Shown piece after piece: positions 1 through 13,799 of a stretch of DNA of 64,000 bases. Origin of the DNA: Octopus vulgaris. Lineage: Eukaryota. Under the pieces are notes generated by a model that was given only the letters and a program-made list of their open reading frames with translations, searched no databases and was not told where the DNA came from. The stretch spans positions 65,782,001 to 65,846,000 of the forward strand of contig OX597817.1 of the NCBI GenBank assembly GCA_951406725.2, written 5' to 3'. Position 1 is the first letter of the stretch. Each line of letters starts with the position of its first letter. The position numbers and the translations under genes are program-made.

Positions 1-464
1 GATATATCCGTAAGAGTCCTACCCGCCTAACGGCAAATTCCCTCAATTCGCATGGCCACCACGTCCATCCCAAGCGACAGCCCCAAAGCAGAAGAGACCC
101 ATATTAGTTATCCTTCCGCTCACATAATCCCTCTCGTTTCTCTCCTTCCAGCAAGGTCGTTCGCGTGATGTCATTGATCCTAGCTGTACTTTTGTGTTGG
201 GTTCAGAGATTTGGGTTCACTTATGGTTTCAAAAGAATTTATGATTGTAGCGTGTAAGATATTTTAGATATCTTTGCTGTTTCGCACCAATTTCCTCTTT
301 CTCAGCAAATATGAACTGATTTTTATAGATAGCTGCAATTAGGGTCTCTCAGTCTGCATGCTAGACATAGAAGATAAAATTTACCACACACATCTCGCTC
401 TAACGTCTTGAAACAGAAAGGAGACCTTGGATAATACCGCCAGTGATAGAATACAGAGACAGAC

Positions 465-511
465 GCACACACACGCACACACACACACACACACACAGAC
501 ACACAACACAT

Positions 512-561
<50 letters not shown>

Positions 562-585
562 AGAGAAAGAGAGAAAGAGAGAAGT
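465..585. repeat. (CA)n and (GA)n microsatellites
   Basis: Directly visible dinucleotide runs. Confidence 0.95.
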
Positions 586-1117
586 TAATAGCTATTTATT
601 AAACGTTCGATGAACGACGTGGGTAGTTTTTGTTCATTTGCATATTAACATATTCATTGGCGATGCATATTAACTACAGTAGTTACATGTATGCATGCAT
701 ATAAAACACATTCAATCTATTTTAACTAATACAAAAACAAACATCACCAGTACTTTAATTTTCTCTGGAATCTGTTGCTTTGCAGTCACTCACACACGAA
801 CGTGAGCACACACACACACATACATAAAAACACACGTGTCTGTTTGTATGCGTTTCTATAATTAAGTCTTGTAATTTTGTATATAATGATCACAAGATAC
901 GCGTATCTGCATATGTGGCCAAAATTACTGGATCAAAATAAAATTATAGCAAAATATTTACAATTGTAATTTTATAAAAACGTTGCTTCTACTTTTCATT
1001 TTGAACACCATTTTGGCTCAAATTCTCACTCTAATCAACTTATATATCTTTTCCATCAGGAAACTCAATTTTGTTTCCTTGTCGTTTCTGCAAGTCAGTC
1101 TCATTTTAACTTTCACA

Positions 1118-1405
1118 ACAAGACTGTTCTATATTTAAGAGATGAGGAATTATGTACATTATTTACATTCGACGGATATTTGTCCTCATCTTGTTTGTTG
1201 TTAACACAACGTTTCGGCTGATATACCCTTAGAGGAATTTCGAAATGGGTTCTCATTCCTAAGGTATTTTTCGATGTTGTTATTATTATTATTGTTGTTG
1301 TTGTTGTTGAGGTCATTGCTTGGAATCGGACTCGGAATCTTAGGGTTAGTAGTCCGCGCTCTTAACCACTACGCCATATGCCCGTGGGCTAATGTAAATA
1401 ATGTA
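1118..1405 (-). mobile_element. tRNA-derived SINE with Penelope-like 3' end
   Basis: Minus strand has A-box TGGCGTAGTGG and B-box-like GAGTCCGATTCC in a tRNA-like head, an internal (AAC/AAT)n, then CAGCCGAAACGTTGTG resembling PLE pLTR/hammerhead 3' half; 15-bp inverted repeat 1155-1169/1391-1405. Confidence 0.7.
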
Positions 1406-1559
1406 AAACTGTTTATAGCAATTATACTTTGAAAGAGAGTTAGGAAATATATGAAGAAATTTAGGTAAACAAACCAAAATATTTTCATAGTTCCCTGTTT
1501 TGGAACTTCAGGTCTTTTTTCTTATAAACATTATTTTCTTATCGTTTTCAGTAATTTTG

Positions 1560-1712
1560 TGACTATGTAGTTTAGAAACTTGCTTTCTACCTATGTGGTC
1601 TCGGCTTCAGCCCCATTGTGTGGCAGTTTGGGCCAGTATCTATTACTATAGCTCTGGGCCGGCCAAAATTTTGTGAGTGCATTTAGTTGATGGAAACTGA
1701 AAGAAGCCTATC

Positions 1713-1777
<65 letters not shown>

Positions 1778-1972
1778 GCTTGTCCCCATCACCGTTCTAC
1801 AACCGGTGTTGGTTTGTTTACGTCCCGGAACGTCAGTAGTTTGGTAAAAGAGACCGATACAATATGTACTAGACTTAAAAAAAAAAAGGCTCTGGGGTTG
1901 ATTTATTCGATTAAGCTTTCAAGTCGGTGGCCCAGCATGGCCGCAGTCAAATGACTGAAACAAGATAAAAGA
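1560..1972 (+). mobile_element. Diverged SINE, family A (tRNA head, internal microsatellite, tail CAGCATGGCCGCAGTCAAATGACTGAAACAAG)
   Basis: Colinear with the younger copies at 36481, 39159 and 55691. Confidence 0.85.
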
Positions 1973-2080
1973 TGTTTAAAAGACATAAAAATGTTCTCAT
2001 TTCCTTTTACCGATTTCACTATTTTAAAGTTTCTACCGTTTTTATAAGTTAAGAAAGGACATTATTAAACAATGTCGTCC

Positions 2081-2360
<280 letters not shown>

Positions 2361-2844
2361 CAAAAGATGATGTATTATGTATTTTACAGAAGAAAACCGG
2401 ACTGAGGAAGTGCGGTGTTTCTTTTCATATATCAAGAACAACGGCTTATGAATATATATGTACATGTGTGTGTGTATGCTCTGCCTTTATATTTATACAT
2501 CTATCAATACACTTTTCTCCTATCTTAATTCTTGTTTATATTTTATACCTACTTATTTAATCATGTTGTTCTTAGTTTATTTTATTTTCACAGAAAGGCA
2601 ACCGAAACAACAGGTTTATTTTATTTTCAGATTTTTTTTTTTATCTCTTATCATATTTTGAGGGAAATAGCAACATTGATTACAAATTTTCCAAAAGGCC
2701 ATTAACCGATTCACTGCATTTATTATGGCAAGAGTGACAAGGGAATGTCTGTGCCACCCGAGCAGAACTAATATCACATGATACTTTTACTTAGAAAGTA
2801 ACGGTTTATCAGTTTTCTTGCCGTTGTTTTCATCTTTTGGCAAT

Positions 2845-3222
<378 letters not shown>

Positions 3223-4075
3223 CGCAAGAAAATTGGTTTGGGGGCTGAAAATGAACCTAGGCCTTGAAACGAATTTTAGCTTATTATTTTTTATTTCTTT
3301 GATTTATTAGTCTCAGTAGTTTTTTTGTTTGTATTTTTCAATGGTAAATAAAAGATAGATGAAAAGAATACACAAGTAAAAGTTTTATAGCGATAAAATA
3401 TGATAAAAAAATCAAAAATGTTTAATGGATGTTATGATGTAAACTCATGTTTTCGATAAGCTCAATAAGATTCACTCCACAACAAAGCCATATACGTATT
3501 AAACGGACATTTTCTTCGGTGCACCTTTTTTAAATTCTAATTTTCCGTCTTTACTTGTATAAAGAGGTAAGGTTTTTTTTATGTAGCTTAATAACATACA
3601 ATATTTTTCTGAATGCGAGTTTTCAGTTTTGTTCATATTCGTATTATATAAACTGTCATGGGCATATTAAACAAATTAATAAGCATAATGTCACTGATTT
3701 ATTTCGGTAATACAGTTACATAATTTTTTTGTTGTAATATAGAGCGAGAAAAGGGGAGGGGAAGGAGATAGAGAGAGTAGAAGTAATGAAAGTTACAATG
3801 GGAGAAATGAAGATATGGATGTCAATCAAATAGACATAGAAATAGGTAGTTAGTTACCGTGTGAGCATGTCATCGAGAGAGGAAAAAAGAGAGATTAATT
3901 AAGAAAGTGTGAGAGAGAGAGAGAAAGAGAGAAAGAGAGAAAGAGAGAGAGAGAGAGTAAAAGAAAATATGCGAATGAAAACTCAGAGCGAAAAAGTATC
4001 AAAAATAAATTATTGAGAAATTATGAAGAAAACTTTATGCAAAAGAGTGATTTGAAGGCACTCGCAAAGAGAAAC

Positions 4076-4130
<55 letters not shown>

Positions 4131-4174
4131 TGTCTGTCTGTCTGTCTGTCTGCCTGCCTGGCTGCCTAGCACCT

Positions 4175-4790
4175 GTCTTTCCACGACCGAAACGTAAAAC
4201 AAAAGTGTATCGTTATATGGTTCACTCCTCTTTTTCACCTAATGTAAAATCCAATATGGCAAAAGGCTTTTTAATCTTTATCGACAAACACTTCTCCCTA
4301 GATATAGAAACAGAAAAAAATAACTAGCACCGCATTGGCAATATCGCACAGACCCACCAACAAAACCGAAGATATATGCTTATGCAGGAACCCTAGTACA
4401 TATAGAACAAAAGAAATCCTGCAAAGGAGAACGTAAACTAATAGAAAGATTAATATTACATAGGTGGTATAGGCGTCACGGAACGCAGGTTTAAATAAAG
4501 ATCTTATGAACATATATCCTCCTTTAAACATAGGAAAAAGATTAAAATTCGGCAGCTACGTCTCGAAATTGAAATAAAAGTCTATAAAAATGCTGAAAAG
4601 AGCCACGCACTTTTAAACTGGAAGTAAACGGTGTGAACTCTTTATGGTAGGCAAGAGAAGAATCCTCAAAATTCTTCGAAAACAAAGCCACCATTGAAAT
4701 TTAGATCAGAGATAATCAGGAATTGCATACACTTGAACAAGCACCGATTACGAAGTTGTGAAGGAATATTTTTACGCGGCTGGAAACGCG
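4175..4790 (+). mobile_element. Decayed Penelope-like element, GIY-YIG endonuclease region
   Basis: Conceptual translation with frameshifts and stops: SFSPNVKSNMAKGFLIFIDKHF (cf. PLE PPYSxNVKTNIGxxFLxLIDKHF), IGVTERRFK*RSYEHISSFK, GSKRCEL. Confidence 0.75.
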
Positions 4791-5416
4791 TATTTATATA
4801 TGCATGTAATATTACTCCAGATAACACACACGCACACAGACATACACATACTCACACGTACGCACACAAAAACACACACATACACATACTTGTATCTATA
4901 CACCTATATACATATCTGTAACATTATAACATGTGAATACATCACGTGTATATATATATAAATATGTATACACACATACATGCATTTATACACATACCCA
5001 AATATATATGCACACAATCGATGAAATTATACCTTATAGATTTTTAGGTACACAAAAGATACTTATATGCACCATTTACATATATTTGGCATATTTCATT
5101 AATATTAAAATGTCCCCCGTAGATATCTGTCCATCAAAATATACATTCAGGTATTGTATTAACAACTAAGCCATTACATACATCAAACACAATTAATATC
5201 TATGATAGCATTTACTAATTTTTCACTCAAAATAGTATAGACAAAAAGCTAACACATACTCGAGCGAGAACACACACACACATACACACATATGTGGATT
5301 CCCCCCTCCAACAACCGCACGCAAATACAGAGATTTATTCATACAATCACGCGTATTTAGACATATACTCTCACATATACATATACAATTACACACAAGG
5401 CACATACACATGCATG

Positions 5417-5766
5417 GTGAAGATACATGGTTCTGTGATTAGAGCGTCGGGCTCACAATCATGAGATAGTCTGTTCGATTCTCGGACGGGCTATGTGTTG
5501 CGTTCTTGAGCAAGACATTTTATTTCACGTTGCTCCAGTTTACTCAGCTGTATAAATGAGTTACAACGTCACAAGTGCCAAATTGTATCGGCTTTGGCCT
5601 TTCCCTTTGATAACATCTGTGGCGTGGAGAGGAAAGGCTGGTATGCATAGGTGACTGCTGGTCTTCCATAAACAACCTTGTCCGGACTTGTGCCTCGGAG
5701 GGTAACTTTCTAGGTACAATCCTATGGTCATTCATGACCGAAGGTGGTCTTTACCCATTACCCTTT
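5417..5766 (+). mobile_element. SINE family B (tRNA head, central GTTCTTGAGCAAGAC...CTCAGCTGTATAAATGAG)
   Basis: B-box GTTCGATTC; 3' two-thirds match 37373-37631. Confidence 0.8.
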
Positions 5767-5824
5767 ACATATACATACATATAGCTACTTAAGCGCATGC
5801 ACATATACATCTAGACAGATTAAA

Positions 5825-6240
5825 CACACAAATGCTAGGGTTTTCTGGAAAAAAAAAACGAAAGAAACTGACGTACATCCTCCAAATCCAATCTGTTAGG
5901 AGCACAGTAAAAATTTGTGAGACATTCCTAAGATTATCCATCTATTTTTTTTTCTTAATGATTACATGCACTTACTCGATTGTGTACATCTACAAAGGCA
6001 CTTATATAAAAGTAATTTTGCCTGCGCGCACCCCACCATATCCACGCACAAACACTAAAGAGACATGTTCTAAAGAGGCATGTTCACACATATAAGTGCA
6101 GGTGCATGCACCGACAGATATACACACACTAACACAACCACGTATTTAAGGAACTCTTATAACTCATAAAGTCTTGTCACTTAATTAGCGATTGACTTGA
6201 ACTCCATAAAGAACTTAAATAGATGTCAAAGAAAAAGTAC
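5825..6240 (+). mobile_element. R4/Dong-clade retrotransposon, TACA lineage, extreme 3' fragment
   Basis: LGFSGKKKRKKLTYILQIQSVRSTVKICETFLRL matches the C-terminus seen at 9900-10015 and 13581-13690. Confidence 0.7.
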
Positions 6241-6387
6241 ATACATATATATATACACACACACACTTACACACACGCACGCATAATACATACATACATA
6301 CATACATACATACATACATACATACATACATACATACATACATACATACATACATACATACATACATACATGTACGTACGTACATAG

Positions 6388-7480
6388 GCGTTGAAATCAT
6401 AATTTTTGCCATTAACACATACCTGGCAAATAAAATTAGTTATCTTCTTTGGATAAATGTGAAGCAGTACCCTTTTATAGTAGATTATAGCAATGATCAA
6501 ACGAATAAAATTAACTGAAACTAAACACGTTGGATTACTACTACATTTGCCATGGCTGAACAGGAGATTGAGATCAGCAGTTGCTACGAAGCCTTTGAAT
6601 TGAACCAAGAGTTGAGCAAATTCTGTGACAGGACTAGGGAAGATCCCTCAGGAGGTAGCATGAAAAGGTTGAACAATCATTGGGATATAAGATACCCCAA
6701 CTACTCCAAATTCAGTGACAAACAACTGGGACAACAGACAACTTTCGTTGAGAAAAGATTTGCTGCTTTCTTCACAACATCTACTGTACGATAAAGAAGG
6801 AAATTAATACATCACATGTATACTCAACAGTGAGGGTAATAACATCATGAGATAAAGCAAAGAAGTCCTGAACGAGTACTCTGGTGACACAGCAATTCCG
6901 TGCGAACCAAGCGTGATTTACGTAGAGACTTAGAAAAGAAATAATCATCATAACAACTGAAAGTTATGTTTGGGTAGATGCCCCACAGGTAAGAGAATGC
7001 CAACAACGCTGGCAGGAATAGAAGCCTCTCCTGGATTTATAAGTACATCACACCTTAATTAGAAGATTATGCCTTTGCTAATCAAGAACAAGAGGTAGCT
7101 ACTAAATACCTGATCAACAAAAGAGATAAGGATATCTCTAAATCTCCACGCTGTGATAGAAAGTGTCGATTATGGCATACAAATGCGGAAAATATCACTT
7201 CCTCAGTAGCTACCCCCAAATGTTCGCAAGACCCTACCTTCCTATGAGACATGACATTGTCGCTATGATGGTTTACAATGCCATGCGCAAGAATTGTCCT
7301 GACAGCCACGCACACTAGCACCAGAGAGTAGCTCCACCTTTAAAAATAAACATTACTGGTGGAACATTCCCTTAAAAACTGCAGTTCTATGGAGAACTGA
7401 TAACAAACCTACAGCTCTTATATCCAGGTTATAGATTTTCAGTTGCCCCAGTTATCATAGGAGCAGTGGGTTACGTAACA
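6388..7480 (+). mobile_element. R4/Dong-clade retrotransposon, TACA lineage, internally deleted (N-terminus fused to post-RT region)
   Basis: GGSMKRLNNHWDIRYPNYSKFSDKQL resembles the R4-clade N-terminal domain; then QEQEVATKYL, CDRKCRL, YLPMRHDIVA, YWWNIP; no RT motifs between them; preceded by (TACA)n 6288-6370. Confidence 0.7.
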
Positions 7481-7518
7481 ATTGACTGAGAAATCCCAGA
7501 GAAAGACACACACACACT

Positions 7519-7575
<57 letters not shown>

Positions 7576-8046
7576 TGTAAAGTATTCTAACATTTAAGGT
7601 TCCTGAGTTGAACAAAAATGCACAATCACATGTACATATTGAACGCATACATGGAAACACACATAAGCAGTAATGAAGTACATACACTTGTATTCTAAAA
7701 CTATATGCACACCCACTACACAGATGCTTGTTTATCAATTCATACATATATATACCTTCAATATTCGATTCACACATCAACAAACCTCAAGAGTTGTCTT
7801 GAGTTAAACAAAAAAGATTCACCACTTTGAATTCTCCAAAGGAAAAAAGAAACTTCAATAATTACAAAGAAAAAATTACACATTCTCATACACCTACTTT
7901 CTTCCATGCATGCATGCATACGTCCATCCATCCATCCATACATAAATGCACGCATACATACATGCATGCATGCATCCATCCATCCATTCATGCATCGATC
8001 CATCCATCCATCCATACATACATACATACATACATACATACATACA

Positions 8047-8669
8047 GTTATCGATGTACTACCTCCCTACGCGACACGACGTTGTCGCAAAAATAATATA
8101 CAATCCCATTCGGAAAAAAAGTTGTCTTGGAATAAAAATAGAGAATCCCCCTGTTACTGAATACATAGACAAGCATCAACACAAGGAATACTGGTGGAAC
8201 ATTCCCGTCAAAGCATCTGTGAAGTGTAAGTATAGCAAGTCGGATATTGTTGTTTGGGACAGACAAGAAATAGAGGTCAGCCGTCATAGAGGTCAGCTAT
8301 TCTACTAATGTGAATATTTCTTTGAAAACCAGAAAATCAAAGAGAAACAGGATGAATATGAACAAATGCCTCAAAACCACCAGCTTCTATATCCGGATTA
8401 CAAATTTACATTTATATTAATAATTATTGGTGCTTATCCAGACTATCAGTCTGGTTAAACTTGAATTTTCCGGGGAAAAAAATCAACCACTTGCATATTA
8501 AAACTACAATCTGTAAGTAGAATAGAAAAACTATGCAATATTTTTTCTCAAGTTTAAAATGTGACATTGTCTTTGTTATCTACAATCCAGTGATGGAGCT
8601 TTGTATCTTTATTAGAAACCAGTTCTTTCAGAGAGAGAAAGAATTTAAGTAATCAAAGGCGGAAGAGAA
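8047..8669 (+). mobile_element. R4/Dong-clade retrotransposon, TACA lineage, 5'-truncated (RLE domain + 3' UTR)
   Basis: YYLPTRHDVVAK...EYWWNIPVKASVKCKYSKSDIVVWDRQE; (TACA)n on both sides. Confidence 0.85.
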
Positions 8670-8739
8670 CATACATACATACATACATACATACATACAT
8701 ACATACATACATACATACATACATACATACATACATACA

Positions 8740-10217
8740 GTGGGTAAAAACATCTTACTATGGTACCTGTACCTGTAACGTGTCATTAAAGAATATTACA
8801 GCCGAATAAAGAAAATTTGGAGCTCAGGACTCTCTGCATTCAATAAAACAGTGGCCCACAATGTGTTGCAGTGCCGGAACTCATACCAACATTAGGGCTG
8901 CTTGATTGGTCGCTTGATGAGGTCCGAGCCATTGATGTGATAACTCGGAAAATACTAACAAGCACGCATAATTTCCACGTAAACAGTGACGTAGTCGGCC
9001 TCTACCTAAAATGAAAACAAGGTGGCAGAGGCTTCACATAGAATCAAAATGCCTTTGAATGTCGTATCATATCCCTTCGGCAGCATCTTTTAACCCTCAA
9101 GTATCAAAGTGCATCCCTTGACTAAGTTTGCATACATGAGGGTACTTGAGTAGCATTTTCTTGTCTGATAACCTTAAATGCATGTCCAAAGAAGTCGCGC
9201 GAATCTACCGCAACGTATTATGAGAAGAAAGGATGAGCATATATGAGCAGAAGCTCATGTATGGATATGTCAATAGAAAGCTCTGTGATGTTAGAAACAT
9301 CGGTCATCAAAGCAGTCTATCATGGACCAATAACTGGATTACTACCGCCCACTTTGAAGGGTATGCGTTTGCAACTCAGGAACAGTAAACGTCAACCAAA
9401 TACCTGATGCACAAAAGGGATAGAGATGCAGGAAAAGCAGTAAAATGTGACAACCGATGCAGACTTTGTGGAGTCAACACCAAAGATACTACCCATATCA
9501 TAAGCAGTTGTCCGAAAATGTCATTACGGTTTGTCTACTGATGAGACATAATGTTGTAGCCAGGACACTATATAATGAGGATAAAACAAAACCATAGTAT
9601 GGTAGAAGCCACAGTCACTCATAATAAAAAGAGTACTGGTACAAAGTCCCAGTGAAGACCTCAATAAAATGAAAGCACAACAGACCTGATATAATGATTT
9701 GGGATAGAGAAGAGAAACTGAGTACAGTTGTGGAAATTAGCTGCCCATCGGATGTCAACATAAAACTGAAGATCAAGGAAAAAGAGAATACCTACGTTGA
9801 ATTATTGAGAAATCTGCAGTTACTCTATCCAGACTACAAGTTCAGGTTTATATCTGTAATTATTGGGGCCCTGAGATATGTAACACACTACCTAAATACT
9901 AATCTTGAGTAATTAAGCTTCTCAAAACTAGGTAAGAGAAAGCTGATTCGAAGACTGCAGATACAATCCATCACTGGAACTGTAAAAATCTGTATAACTT
10001 TACGGAAATTTATCGTTTAAGTATATATGAGCATGTAAAGATACGCAACTATATGCATGAGAAGACATACATAAAACAAAGCATACAAATCTGCACATAT
10101 ACATATATACAGGCATACAAAAAATACCCTTTTGTTGATGTTGAAATTCCAATGAAGGAGCCTTGAAGGAGCTCTTTCTCCATTGGCAAGAAATCTTGAA
10201 ATAAAACTGAATAATGA
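8740..10217 (+). mobile_element. R4/Dong-clade retrotransposon, TACA lineage, 5'-truncated (thumb, CCHC knuckle, RLE, 3' UTR)
   Basis: KIWSSGLSAFNKTVAHN, CRLCGVN..THIISSCPKM (CCHC), HNRPDIMIWDREEKLSTVVEISCPSD (PD..D/ExK-type RLE), KEKENTYVELLRNLQLLYPDYKF; flanked by (TACA)n 8670-8738 and 10228-10452. Confidence 0.9.
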
Positions 10218-10423
10218 CACACACACATGCATACATACATACATACATACATACATACATACATACATACATACATACATACATACATGCATACATACAT
10301 ACATACATACAAACATACTTACAAACATACATACATACATGCATGCATGCATACATACATACATACATACATACATACATACATACATACATACATACAT
10401 ACATACATACATACATACATACA

Positions 10424-10452
<29 letters not shown>

Positions 10453-10454
<2 letters not shown>

Positions 10455-10880
10455 TAGAGTCATGTAGAAAACTTTTCTCCCACCTCAACAAAAATAAATC
10501 AATATTTTCAGCAACACCTCTGACAAATGTAAGCATGGCCGACTTAATATAGTTGTTTGGGACAGAAAATAAAAATTACGTATAGTGATAAGGATCTGCT
10601 ACCTTGCGGGTGCAAAAATATCTATAGAAATCAATAAAAGGGTAGAGAAAATTAATGGCTAACTGCTTTGGTGCCTACAGCTTCTACCTAGAAAATATAT
10701 CTACACTTGCACCTATTATTGTTACATATATCTATTTTAATATGTGTCCGAGTAATAATCTCAAAATGTGGAGGTTTTTAAACATTGAGTGTGAATAGCT
10801 GACAGACACTTCGCTAATACATTCTGTAAGCGGGACAGTAAAAATAAGTGCAACTTTTCAGTAATGGAATACATAATACT
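10453..10880 (+). mobile_element. R4/Dong-clade retrotransposon, TACA lineage, old 3' fragment
   Basis: KCKHGRLNIVVWDRK...HSVSGTVKISATFQ; begins directly after (TACA)n, with another (TACA)n at 11044-11130. Confidence 0.7.
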
Positions 10881-11795
10881 ATGCAGTTAGCTAAATTCCA
10901 GTGAAAAATCAATGTTTCTTCCTTAGAAAATAACATTCTGCTTGTATAAAGAATTAAAAAAGATATTTTTAAGAAAGACAAAACTTATATCAATCATCCA
11001 TTCTTTCAGCCATTCATCCATATGTACGTACATGCATACATAATACATACATACATACATACATACATACATACATACATACATACATACATACACACAC
11101 ACATACATACATACATATATACATACATACTCAGAAACACATATTCATATTGAATAATGTGTGTGCTGCTTGCGCCTGTGCACGAGTGGATGTGCATGCG
11201 TGTGTGTCTTTTATAAGGATAGCATGCAATATGGAATTAGGGAAAACGGCAATGTTATTCTAATGGAATTAGGTGTAAAATGGAATTAAAGAGATGTCTG
11301 CACGATAGCATGTCGAGTTTAATTAAAGAGTCAAAGTGATAAAATATACATATCTGTGTGTGTGTGAGTGTGTGTGTGTGTGTGTGAGAGTGTGTGTGTG
11401 TGTTCGCGCGCGCGCGTGTATGCAAGTATATATATATATGTAGATATATGTATATATATGTGCGCGCGCTTGTATACCTATGTAAGTATGCATTTACGTA
11501 TGTATGATATATGTATGTATACTTACAAATGCAAATAGGAAAATGAAAATGAAAAAGGAGTGTTAAAGAAAAAGAAGGAAAGGAAGAAAAAGGAGAGAAA
11601 GAAGAAAAAAATTTTTGTTGATATCTTTGCAGCTGGTCAAGTTATCAATAATAATCAATTCTTGGCTTTTAGTAATGGCAAATCCAGCTGTTTACTCCAA
11701 GGGGGACAAAATGTCACTTTTCAAAAAATTGTCTGGATTTCCTTGTGAAAGAGTGTGTGTGTGTGTATATATATACATACATATATATATGTTTA

Positions 11796-11845
<50 letters not shown>

Positions 11846-11993
11846 GTGAAGGGAAGAAATTATCCGCGCTAAAGCACGGTTGCGACACCCCATGGTCGTA
11901 ACCTCAACCGTGTTTTTTCTGTTGTGATTTTTGCCACCCAGGTATCGGTTAAATTTTGAATAATCCGTAACAAGATAATTCATTTATCCATTT

Positions 11994-12050
<57 letters not shown>

Positions 12051-12489
12051 ATATATATATATATGCTTATGGCTTTATGGTTATCTATTGAAATTGTTAA
12101 CGTATATCTTCTTTAATTGTGGATCATTTGATGACTGTACTAATTACAGACTATATGAACAGGGGACGCAGTCGTGCAAGCGAGTGAAGAATTACAGCAA
12201 CTACACCCTTACTGCTCCTGCTATATAGTGTAATGAGTGGAAAAAACTGCGTGTGTATCGGTATGCTATCGTCGGAAAAGTGCATGATATCCCTACAGTT
12301 ACAGTGACAATCACTCGGAGTTTCAAGATCGATAATTCACATTCAAGGAAAGGGGCCTATGCATTGAGATTTTAGTGCTGATAGATGTCCACATTTCGTA
12401 TGATAACTATGTCTGCCGTGAGGAAGACAGATCCAGTGGCAAGGGTGACCCAAATTGAATGTATATGTGAGTGTGAGTGTAAATTTGTG

Positions 12490-12533
<44 letters not shown>

Positions 12534-13194
12534 CGTGCGCGCGCGTGTGCGTGTATGTATGCGTGTGTGTACGTGCTTGCATGTGTGTATTTGTGTCTGT
12601 GTATCTGTCCGCCTGGCTGGTTGTCTTTATGTATGTATGTATGTATGTATGTATGTATGCATGTATATACGCATCTACGTATGTATGTACATCAGATTAC
12701 TCTGTGTACTACGGGTGACATGTAACCCGGTGCAACATGTCACCTGGTCGGGCTGATGATTTCTAAACCGGCAGCCGTACCAAGCCTATTTGATAAGCAG
12801 AGTTTTCTTTTCTTCCTGTTAGACATCCTGCAGAATGTAAAACAAAACCTGTTAAAGGACGGATGAACTAAACAGAATTAACGGTCATCCAACAACTGGG
12901 AGTGAGAGGCTCCTTGTCTTTACTTAGACATTTCTCTAGCTAGTAGAAGGAAATTCCGAAATAGCACGTCTCGTTGTGTAGCTGGAGATCTTGCTCATGC
13001 CTGTTTCTGGACTACTTGGCATTGTTGATGAGAGTCATAGCGGTGTTGTGCAAGTTGTTATTGGCTTTAAATTTCATCACAGGCATTGCTGGCAGCCATA
13101 GTCTTTAACATCTAGGATAAGATCATTTGTCAGTTATGATCATACTCGTTTACGAGTCTACAGCCACCATGTTATGTATGCACGTAGGTATCTA

Positions 13195-13799
13195 TGTATA
13201 TCATTATTCAGTTTAATTTCAAGATTTTTTTTGCCAATAGAGAAAGAACCGGTTTCTAACCTAGACCCAAGTCTCCTTCATTGGAATTGCAAAATCAACC
13301 GGGTATGTATGTATGTATGTATGTATGTATGTATGTATGTATGTATGTATGTATGTATGTATGTATGTATGTATGTATGGATGTATGTATGTATGTATGT
13401 ATGTATGTATGTATGTATGTATGTATGTATGAATGTATGTATGTATGAATGTATGTATGTCTGTATGTATGTATGTATGTCTGTCTGTCTGTATGTATGT
13501 ATACGTGAAAATTTGTATGTTTTGTTTTATGTATGTTTTCTCATGCATATACTTGCATATCTAGACATGCTCATATATACTTAAATGATAAACTTCTGAA
13601 AAGTTTTACAAATTTTTACAGTTCCAGTGATGGATTGGATCTGTAGTCTTCGAATCAGTTTTCTATTTTCTGGTTTTGAGAAGTTTAATTTCTCAAGATT
13701 GATATTTAGGTAGTGTGTTACATATCCTAGTGCCCCAGTAATTATAGGTATAAACCTGAATTTGTTATCTGGGTAGAGTAACTGCAGATTTCTCAATAG
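13195..13799 (-). mobile_element. R4/Dong-clade retrotransposon, TACA lineage, 5'-truncated, with (TACA)n expanded inside its 3' UTR
   Basis: LLRNLQLLYPDNKFRFIPIITGALGYVTHYLNINLEKLNFSKPENRKLIRRLQIQSITGTVKICKTFQKF closely matches 9800-10020; 3' UTR end matches 10135-10217; flanking arrays read (TATG)n on +, i.e. (TACA)n on the element strand. Confidence 0.9.

Noticed and set aside
1-460. Possible exon end or 5' UTR at the window start (GTAAGA at 10-15; unique, slightly GC-richer sequence)
   Set aside because: No recognisable protein in any frame and no upstream context, so a gene call cannot be supported.
1320-1385. tRNA gene (also the SINE heads at 5417, 36830 and 60215)
   Set aside because: A/B boxes are present but there is no complete cloverleaf, and each continues into SINE body sequence.
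11860-11915. Helitron-like terminal hairpin (CCGCGCTAAAGCACGG) and nearby stem
   Set aside because: No clear CTRR terminus or second copy in the window.
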